DNA of 64,000 nt from an uncultured archaeon. GTDB lineage: Archaea > Thermoplasmatota > Penumbrarchaeia > JASLWR01. Made by a program: the position numbers and the translations under genes. This document shows positions 10,001 to 17,067 of the stretch, in pieces (the stretch's first letter is position 1; every line of letters begins with the position of its first letter). The stretch covers positions 1 through 64,000 of the forward strand of contig CAYSHM010000004.1 in NCBI GenBank assembly GCA_964430885.1, read 5' to 3'. The notes below the pieces were generated by a model, which searched no databases, was not told where the DNA came from, and was given only the letters and a program-made list of their open reading frames with translations.

Positions 10001-12500
10001 ATTGAGGGTTGTTCTGGCCAATGCCACTTCCGGAGAAGATATGGATATTGTGCCCAAACTTCCCATGGAGATCACGGTTCCCAGAGATGTATCGCCGGAG
10101 GTGGTCCTCTATACATTGGAGGATACTGAAGGGGATGAGACGGGGGATGGCAATTATGCTTACCCCTTGGCCCAGGATTTCAGCCCCCATTCAGGTCTTT
10201 GGGATATACTGGGTGCGGAGATATCTGCAACAGAATACGACCTGATATTCAGACTTCAGTTGGCGGAGATAACCAATGTTTGGCATCTCAGGTACGGTTT
10301 CAGCCACCAGATCATTCAGATATATGTGGACCAGGACCGCAAGAGCGGGAGCGGGGAGATAGATATGCTTCCCGGAGCCAATGCTCAGGTGGACCCGGAT
10401 TTTGCCTGGGAAGTGGTGATATCCGCTACCGGCGACAGTATGTTCGTTCAGCAGGCTACCGGTGAGAAGGTGGCAACGGGATGTGAGGCCGTTGGGGATG
10501 CAGATGAGAATACAATTGAGCTTATAGTTTCAAAAGAGCAGGTAGGGAGCAATGTAGCCTCCTATGGATACGTCTTGGTTATCGGGAGTCAGGACGGTTT
10601 CGGTACGGGTAAATGGAGAGATGTGGACCCAACCCCTTCCGTATGGACCCTTGGGGGCGGTGAACTGCCCAATTCAGCTGACGGTAAGGAATACGACCCG
10701 GGGATTATGGATGCATTACTTGGTCCTGACGGCGAATCCAGTCAATCATCCCATATAGGGAGCTACAACGTAGCTAGCAAGAAATATGCTCGAATACCCG
10801 GGATAACCATACCCGAGATAGAACAGCAGGTGTTCGGTGAGAAGACAAAGGGCGTGACGGGGAGCGGTGCCATAGTATCATGGCAGACCACCAAACCCGG
10901 CACATCCAAGGTGGAGTATGGTAAGACTGAAGCATTGGGGAGCTCTACGGATGAGGATATGTCACTTGAGACTGCCCACAGCCTGGTACTGACAAATCTA
11001 TCGGCATCCACAACTTACTACTACAGAGCAGGTTCCAGGGACGGAAACAGCGGACCTTTGTTTTGGTCCCCCATAGCCTTTTTCAATACAACAGCCGTGG
11101 TTGATGATGAACCGCCCATGATCATTCTTCCCGCGGTTGAGTTCATCAATGATACGGCAGTTAACATCCATTTCCTTACAGATGAAGTGGCAGTTGGAAA
11201 GCTGGAGATAGGGGATGACATCAATAATATGACCGATAAGGATTGGGAGGTTGATTTTTCCAAGAAACATGCTTTTCAGGTCGGGGAACTTGAACCTGGC
11301 GCCACCTATTATTACAGACTTTCCGCAAAGGATTCTTTGATGAATTTGAACAGTACGGATATATTGGATTTCATCATGGGCCAGGAGGATGAGGATCCGG
11401 ATGACGATGACGATGATGACCCCGATCCGAGCGGTGACCCAGGTAAAGAGCTCATCAGGGAAACTGACAGTGGTGTCGGCATGGCTCCTGGAACCTATCT
11501 TTCTGTTTATCTTGAGGATCTATCCAAGGGCAACGAGGTTGAGATCACAGGCAGTGTAACCGGCGCCACTATCGACATATTGGTATTGAATTCAGGCGGT
11601 TTTTCCGATTATACTTCGGTCATATCCAAGAGCGGCAGTTATTTTGCCTATTTCAAGGATGCCGCTGAGCTCTGGACCCTGGGAAGTTTTGAACTGGGTC
11701 TGACAATTCCGGCTTCAGGAGATTATTATGTGATCTTCGACAATACCGATGCACCAGTTTCCGGCGCCAGGCCCGATGAGAACGGTATAAATGCAACGGT
11801 CAATTACGACATAAGGGTCCTCGAAGGCAAGGGCAATTACACAGGTACACCTTCCATGGATTATGGTGCAGTTCCATCCTTCAATATCTCCCGGAGCTTA
11901 ACGCTTGAGAAGGGAACCTATGCTTATTTCGAGATGAAGGATTACGGGAAGGGTGACAGAATTTCCCTCTATCTCACTGTCAAAGGCGGAAATATTGACA
12001 TATTGGTCCTTGAAAGTGATGATTACACCAAATACAGAATAGAGAGTTCAGGCGATGATGTAAAGTATTCCTTTTTGACACAGGCTTCCCGTCTGGATAC
12101 AGACAGTATTTCCTATACATTTGTAATACCTGTATCCGGCTCCTATTATCTGATATTTGATAACACTGATGCACCGGACGGCGGGGCGAGAAGCAATGGT
12201 AAGATTGAGCTGAGCTTTGATCTGCTGGTGGACAGATCAGGTTCTGCCGCTGTTATTGCAGGAAATGCAGGTGATAGAACAGAAGTTATTATGAATGGGG
12301 ATACCGAAACCAGCGAGGAAAGCAGCGGAATAATTGTCTGGCTTATCTTGAGTGTTATTTTCATAGCTCTAATTTTGATACTGATAATAGTGGTTTTCGT
12401 CAAGATCAAAAGGGAGGAGGATAGATTGGGTGTCAGCAGGAGCAGGGGTAATGGAGGGGGAGATATGGACAGAAAAAGTAGAGGAGGTGGCGGAATATGA
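7071..12500 (+). CDS. GH57 amylopullulanase-type enzyme, secreted and membrane-anchored, with glucodextranase-C/DOMON-like, Fn3 and duplicated DNTDAP domains
   Basis: Canonical WHQHQP, SPYSHPILPL, GMWPSEQ, LDGENW and AEGSDWFWW motifs; GFSHQIIQIYVD glucodextranase-C-like segment; C-terminal TM. True start may be ATG 7080. Confidence 0.92.
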   Translation: MICMNRKFSFNSNSRCVKGIVLMLLLLLPAFAFLGSMDVGGTTHNTISVDGALGDWHTDEKMGVDASKSFYFTWDADNLYFGWDGTNWALEGDLFIYINTTMDGSYSSVDWSGPHTLPFKGDYVFCMEGSDYFDLRHFSVDSWQTVKDHTGFAANTVYIGWAENPVTEITIPLSDLGNPSSVDLVAFAQWEDANNIWASFPTDNPASGEGSEILSYYYKAPTLGSGTAPNTLEVGFRMGGIEPREDAINLAIVWHQHQPYYKNVLTGKYEMPWVRVHTSQEYLDSPKILLEHPGVKVTFNIVPSLIQQIVDYTDNGVLDRNTAWLDKGVENLTEMEKHTMQFEFFWVPSWQYSMNNEASRYYHYLYNKTMHNLTPETIMMDTLLPMDELFDLAVVYHLFQLSPWYVQGFYEESERDERIMALYDQYGGYTQADLDYILDKQLNMMDEVLDVYAEAQNRGQAELITSPYSHPILPLLMMPGWNNEQGRFIYKESWYDDVVNHLDMAKDIFQEHFGQFPKGMWPSEQSVSQAVIEPIADSGIDWMITDEMVLDASGFDAESNDVLCKPYLVESNGKQLNVIFRDRVISDRIAWQYGKLSAKEAVDDFMDYVWDVRESLSDPADSLLTVALDGENWMFMSFVERDNGRLFMDELYSRLENTDWIRTTGVKDYIAQHPPDPASEKIDVLAKDCPNGAGSWIDGTMSTWSGEEEESLAWERLIAARDAVIKKEQEDPDFEGLDSAWKSIYAAEGSDWFWWYGLDQDSGYDELWDELFKTHLMNVYTALDEPFPPYLKNLWLPPQEPDKDATEVIDPGIDGYVIPGEWDGGYLYVDDDEMRGRSALEPEWDIDQVHVGYSSREVFVRVDMKASDVEYMWKNPDVDLSLYVGAPNARDMNIYSTNYLTKYSGEALNYPCVYRVKLINDEVLSSGRSQYGVYQADGKENWIYKLDKKGDTVAMNDVVEWAIPFKTLGIAAGDEFRLRVVLANATSGEDMDIVPKLPMEITVPRDVSPEVVLYTLEDTEGDETGDGNYAYPLAQDFSPHSGLWDILGAEISATEYDLIFRLQLAEITNVWHLRYGFSHQIIQIYVDQDRKSGSGEIDMLPGANAQVDPDFAWEVVISATGDSMFVQQATGEKVATGCEAVGDADENTIELIVSKEQVGSNVASYGYVLVIGSQDGFGTGKWRDVDPTPSVWTLGGGELPNSADGKEYDPGIMDALLGPDGESSQSSHIGSYNVASKKYARIPGITIPEIEQQVFGEKTKGVTGSGAIVSWQTTKPGTSKVEYGKTEALGSSTDEDMSLETAHSLVLTNLSASTTYYYRAGSRDGNSGPLFWSPIAFFNTTAVVDDEPPMIILPAVEFINDTAVNIHFLTDEVAVGKLEIGDDINNMTDKDWEVDFSKKHAFQVGELEPGATYYYRLSAKDSLMNLNSTDILDFIMGQEDEDPDDDDDDDPDPSGDPGKELIRETDSGVGMAPGTYLSVYLEDLSKGNEVEITGSVTGATIDILVLNSGGFSDYTSVISKSGSYFAYFKDAAELWTLGSFELGLTIPASGDYYVIFDNTDAPVSGARPDENGINATVNYDIRVLEGKGNYTGTPSMDYGAVPSFNISRSLTLEKGTYAYFEMKDYGKGDRISLYLTVKGGNIDILVLESDDYTKYRIESSGDDVKYSFLTQASRLDTDSISYTFVIPVSGSYYLIFDNTDAPDGGARSNGKIELSFDLLVDRSGSAAVIAGNAGDRTEVIMNGDTETSEESSGIIVWLILSVIFIALILILIIVVFVKIKREEDRLGVSRSRGNGGGDMDRKSRGGGGI

Positions 12501-13897
12501 AGAGTAAAGCGAGATTGATACTGATTTTGACATTTGTATTTCTGCTCTTTACATCAATGACCATGTGCGTGGAGAGGGAGAAGAGTACTGAAGAGACATT
12601 CCGTAAAGGTGTAAATATCATGGATACTTCAGGTTCCTCTGGAGACGATGACGATGCAGGAGATGACGATACCGGTGACGATGATACTGGAGATGATGAT
12701 GACACAGGGGGCGATGACGATGCAGGCGATGATGATGATACGGGCCCAACCGGAAAGGTCACCCTGGAGTTCTGGCACACCTTTCAGTACGCCAAGGAAG
12801 TGGAGCTTATCGAGAAGGCGGTGGAGCAGTTCGAGGACGATCATCCCAATATCAAAGTTGAAATACAGCAGCAGACCTATTCCGATGCAGTGAACAAGTT
12901 CCAGACAGCAGCAATTGGAGGCGTGGCGCCTGATATTATCAGAGTTCCCAACGACCGGTTGGGGGAGTTGGCCCAGATGGATCTGATTGCATCATTGGAC
13001 CCCTATATCAGCGTCACCCTTGTGGATTCATATGTTGATATGGCAATAGACGCGATGTCATTCAAGGGTAGTTATTACGGACTGCCCGCCTCATACGATT
13101 CAATGGCTCTTATTTATAATAAGGAATTATTATCCCAGCAGGGCTACACTGAACCACCTGAAACATTGGATGAACTGGTGACCATGGCCAAATCCCTTAC
13201 CTACGGTGATAAGTACGGTTTGGTTTTTCCAATAACCGATCCGTACTGGTGGTTCCTGTTCCAGTACGGTTTCGGCGGAGGCATATTTGATGTGGACGGG
13301 AATCCCACCATAGGCAGCCAGGCTTCCGAGGATGCCACGGATTTTATATTCAAACTGGAATCCGAACACCGCGTAATGCCTGAAGGCGGAACTGACAAGA
13401 ATCTAATGATCAGCCTTTTTACAGAAAGAAAAGCGGCCATGATGGTGACCGGTCCCTGGAACATACAGGATATCAAGGCTGCGGACATCGATTACGGAAT
13501 CGCTCCCTTCCCCAAGAACACAGCTACAGATAGACACTGTGCTCCTCTGGTAGGTGCCAAGGGATACAGCATTGCCAAGGATTCGTCCCATAAACTTGAG
13601 GCCTATCAGCTGATACAGTATCTTACCTCGGCCGAAGTGACGAAGGATTTCGCTTTGGTATCCGATACGCTTCCAAGCGTTCTATCAGTATATCAGGACC
13701 AGGAGATAATGGACAGTTACGTCATCCAGGGTTTCCTTTCACAGGCCCAGCTGGGTCAGCAGGCACCGAGCATACCTGAGATGGGATTGGTCTGGAATCC
13801 TCTTACGGATGCCCTTCAGCTTATTTACAGCGGTGATAAGAGCATTTCAAAGGGTCTGGCGGATGCCCAGGCTGAAATAGAGAGCAATATGAGTTAA
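12497..13897 (+). CDS. malE: Maltose/maltodextrin ABC substrate-binding protein with a GDDD linker (probable lipoprotein)
   Basis: TMTMC lipobox-like Cys, FWHT, APDIIRVPNDRLG, YGLP, LIYNKELL, GPW, PSIPEMGLVW; operon context. Confidence 0.88.
   Translation: MKSKARLILILTFVFLLFTSMTMCVEREKSTEETFRKGVNIMDTSGSSGDDDDAGDDDTGDDDTGDDDDTGGDDDAGDDDDTGPTGKVTLEFWHTFQYAKEVELIEKAVEQFEDDHPNIKVEIQQQTYSDAVNKFQTAAIGGVAPDIIRVPNDRLGELAQMDLIASLDPYISVTLVDSYVDMAIDAMSFKGSYYGLPASYDSMALIYNKELLSQQGYTEPPETLDELVTMAKSLTYGDKYGLVFPITDPYWWFLFQYGFGGGIFDVDGNPTIGSQASEDATDFIFKLESEHRVMPEGGTDKNLMISLFTERKAAMMVTGPWNIQDIKAADIDYGIAPFPKNTATDRHCAPLVGAKGYSIAKDSSHKLEAYQLIQYLTSAEVTKDFALVSDTLPSVLSVYQDQEIMDSYVIQGFLSQAQLGQQAPSIPEMGLVWNPLTDALQLIYSGDKSISKGLADAQAEIESNMS
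12641..12745 (+). repeat. GDDD(D)T/A coding repeat
   Basis: Encodes GDDDDAGDDDTGDDDTGDDDDTGGDDDAGDDDDTG. Confidence 0.9.
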
Positions 13898-13940
13898 AGT
13901 GAAATTGTGAATATTAATATCATAAGAAGGAGTAATAAAT

Positions 13941-15785
13941 ATGACAGAAGCAAACAGACCGATAAATTTTGATGCGGCAGGAAATACCTTCCCGCTGTAC
14001 TCGGTCCGTAAAGTGTCAATATGTTTGCTGTCATTGTTTCTAGTAATTTCACTCATTATTATGCCATGGATTACCGCATCGGCTGATAATGTCGATGGCC
14101 CCACCAGGGCGAATGATCTGGATATAGATATAACGGCCCCTTCACATTACAATTCTTTCTTTGACAATGTGATCACCGATAGGGAGATATGGATAAATGG
14201 AACCGCTTCTCCAGTTGCAGATATAACAAAGGTGGAGATCCGGTTCAATTCAGGTTCCTGGCAGTTATGCAACGGCAAGGAATCATGGAGTAGAAAGGCA
14301 GCTCTTCCCCAGGGCGAGGTTACCATTGAGGCCAGGGTGATGGATACTTCAGATAATTCCGCTTTAGATGAGGTCAATGTCAAGGTGGACAGTCATCCGC
14401 CCATGCGGATAATGAATCTTACAGCAGAAGTGGGTCATTTCAGCGGCGAGGTCAGATTGAAATGGGCCCCTTGGCCTCTATATGATTATGATGAGGGTAT
14501 TGAACTGCCAGGGGCGGAGCGGAACTCTATAATGATATATATCAGAGCAGGAAGCGTGGCTCCCATCTCCGTTTCAGATATGGAGGTATACGAGAGGTGG
14601 GCAGGTCTGGAAAACTGGGAAACCGGCAGCAAAAGATTACCGAAGATATATGAGAGAGATGTATCGAAGCTCAAGAACGGAGAGCGGTACTGGTTTGCTG
14701 TTGTCGCCCTTGACGATTATGGAAATTATGATGAGAACCTGGAAGAAGGTGTGAATCTGGTCAGCGCCAAACCGGTAGCTCCTCCGGAGACTGCCAATAT
14801 ATGCTTGACCGTTTTTCTCCCTGTTTTTCTTCTTCTGCTAACTGCAGGAGTTTTGTTCCTGGCCGCTCCGGGTAAAACCTTGAAGAGATTCAAGAAGAGA
14901 ACAATAGATGTACTCAGACCCTATATCTATGTGTCACCGGCGGTTGGAGCTTTAATGCTTCTGACATTTTATCCTGTATTCTACGGCTTCTATATTTCAT
15001 TTACCAACATGGATAAGTCCCATATTTTTGACTACAGTATTATCGGCTTTGACAACTACGTGAAAATATTCAGCGATCCTATCAAGGTGGACCAGTTCTG
15101 GGATGTCACAGGCAGGACGTTCATGTGGACAATAAGCAATGTGGTAATAACAATGGCTCTAGGTTTGGGTATAGCCCTTGTTCTCAATCGGAAGATGAAG
15201 GGTAAGCTGATCTACAGGACCCTTCTCCTTCTGCCCTGGGCAATGCCGGCCTACATCTGCTGTCTGATATGGAAGGGTATGTTCAACTACAAGTTCGGTG
15301 CAATAAACCATATGCTGACCTTTGCAGGTATAGACCCTGTACCATGGCTGGACAAGATGCCCTATGCTTTCTGGGCTTGCGTTATCACAAATGTCTGGTT
15401 AGGGGTTCCCTTCATGGTCATGGTGTTCTCAGGCGGTCTGCAGAGCATATCGGGCGATCTATACGAGGCAGCTAGGGTTGATGGTGTCTCCGGCTGGAAA
15501 CAGTTCAGGCATATCACACTGCCTCTTCTGAAACCCACAATAATACCAGCGTCCCTGTTAAGCTTCATCTGGACATTCAATATGTTCAATGTGATCTATC
15601 TGGTCACAGGGGGCGGTCCAGGAGGCAAGACCGATATTCTCATAACCTATGTTTATGATGCTGCCTTTTCGGGCAACAATGAGTACGCTTTTGCGGCAGC
15701 TTATTCAGTGGTGATATTCTTCATGCTGCTGAGCTTCTCGGTGGTGTATATGAAGATAAGTTCTTCACAGGGGGATGACCAATGA
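13941..15785 (+). CDS. malF: Maltodextrin ABC permease (MalF-like) with an N-terminal extracellular Ig/Fn3-like extension
   Basis: C-terminal half has GFDNY, LLLLPWAMP, the EAA loop (LYEAARVDG) and FNMFNVIYLVTGGGP; about 280-aa secreted beta-domain extension. Confidence 0.88.
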   Translation: MTEANRPINFDAAGNTFPLYSVRKVSICLLSLFLVISLIIMPWITASADNVDGPTRANDLDIDITAPSHYNSFFDNVITDREIWINGTASPVADITKVEIRFNSGSWQLCNGKESWSRKAALPQGEVTIEARVMDTSDNSALDEVNVKVDSHPPMRIMNLTAEVGHFSGEVRLKWAPWPLYDYDEGIELPGAERNSIMIYIRAGSVAPISVSDMEVYERWAGLENWETGSKRLPKIYERDVSKLKNGERYWFAVVALDDYGNYDENLEEGVNLVSAKPVAPPETANICLTVFLPVFLLLLTAGVLFLAAPGKTLKRFKKRTIDVLRPYIYVSPAVGALMLLTFYPVFYGFYISFTNMDKSHIFDYSIIGFDNYVKIFSDPIKVDQFWDVTGRTFMWTISNVVITMALGLGIALVLNRKMKGKLIYRTLLLLPWAMPAYICCLIWKGMFNYKFGAINHMLTFAGIDPVPWLDKMPYAFWACVITNVWLGVPFMVMVFSGGLQSISGDLYEAARVDGVSGWKQFRHITLPLLKPTIIPASLLSFIWTFNMFNVIYLVTGGGPGGKTDILITYVYDAAFSGNNEYAFAAAYSVVIFFMLLSFSVVYMKISSSQGDDQ

Positions 15786-17038
15786 GCTCAACATATGATT
15801 CTCCAGGCAGATTCGAGAGCTTCATGGACAGGATCACCATAACACCATCCCTGGTCCGTTTCTGTTCTTCAGGGCTTCTTCTTCTTCTCACTATCTCCAT
15901 TAGTATGTTCCTTATGTTCACCCCTTCAAAGGACCTAGTCCTTAGCAGCGGCTGGATGTTGGTGATGATCGGCGCCCTTCTTCTCTCATGCATAGGCAAC
16001 GCTTTATTATTCTCACCTGCACGCAAGATAGCTTATTTCCTCGCCATAGTAACGGCAATACTGTTCACAGTTCAGATGTTTGGAGAACCTTTAGGTCTAT
16101 TTCCGTTCATTGCGTCCCTTTTGTGCTGTATATATCTCAGAAGGTACGAGGTCGAGCAGTATTATGCATCTTTTGTATCTCCAATAAGATCATCTTCAAA
16201 AACGAAGGCCCTTGGACGCTACAGCAAGACGGCATTTACCCATTTATTTCTGTTCTTGGCAGTCCTGATTGCTACCTTCCCGGTAGTATGGGTGATAGGA
16301 ACTTCCCTGAAACCGGGAAATACCCTGATAGATACCGAGCTGGAGATATTCTCCTCCGATATCACCTTTGAGCACTACCATGATGTGATCTTCGTAGAGA
16401 ATTTTCATGTTTATCTTCTTAATTCCATCATTTGTGCTGCGGGAACAGCTCTGTTGACGATATTCCTGTCTACAACAGGGGCATACGCTCTATCAAAGTT
16501 CAGGTTCAAGGGTAAGAAGAGTGTCCTACTTTCTTTCGTAGTGGTCCAGATGTTCCCAGGTGTGATAATTATCATTCCCTACTTTATACTGCTGAATAAT
16601 TTAGGTCTACTAAATTCCTATTTGGGACTTATCGCGGCTTATTCGGTAACAGCTCTCCCATTGTGCGTGTGGATGATAAAGGGTTTCTTTGATACGGTTC
16701 CTGACGATCTTATCGAGGCAGCCAGGGTGGACGGTTACTCCCATTCCCAGATATTCAGAAAGATAATGCTCCCACTGGCAAAACCCGCTATAGCTGTTAC
16801 AACATTGTTTGCATTCCTGGCTGCATGGAACGAGTATGTGCTTGCATATACCTTCATGTCCGACGAATCTTACTATACGCTTCCCGTAAAGATCTTCATG
16901 TACATCGGCGGTGCCAACGTCAAATGGGGAACTTTCGCGGCAATGTCGGTTTTGGTGTCAATACCTGTAGTGATACTTTTCATTCTGTTCCAGAAATACC
17001 TGATTGGCGGAATGACCAAGGGCGCCGTGAAGGGCTGA
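15782..17038 (+). CDS. malG: Maltodextrin ABC permease (MalG-like) with extra N-terminal TM helices
   Basis: AYALSKFRFKG, QMFPG, EAARVDG, AWNEY, FQKYLIGGMTKGAVKG. Confidence 0.9.
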   Translation: MSSTYDSPGRFESFMDRITITPSLVRFCSSGLLLLLTISISMFLMFTPSKDLVLSSGWMLVMIGALLLSCIGNALLFSPARKIAYFLAIVTAILFTVQMFGEPLGLFPFIASLLCCIYLRRYEVEQYYASFVSPIRSSSKTKALGRYSKTAFTHLFLFLAVLIATFPVVWVIGTSLKPGNTLIDTELEIFSSDITFEHYHDVIFVENFHVYLLNSIICAAGTALLTIFLSTTGAYALSKFRFKGKKSVLLSFVVVQMFPGVIIIIPYFILLNNLGLLNSYLGLIAAYSVTALPLCVWMIKGFFDTVPDDLIEAARVDGYSHSQIFRKIMLPLAKPAIAVTTLFAFLAAWNEYVLAYTFMSDESYYTLPVKIFMYIGGANVKWGTFAAMSVLVSIPVVILFILFQKYLIGGMTKGAVKG

Positions 17039-17067
17039 TATGGAAACTGAATTTTTCTTAAATATTT

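Noticed and set aside
6412-12745. GAT/GAC-rich repeats as a CRISPR array or non-coding satellite
   Set aside because: They are in-frame Asp-rich linkers with no repeat-spacer structure and no cas genes.
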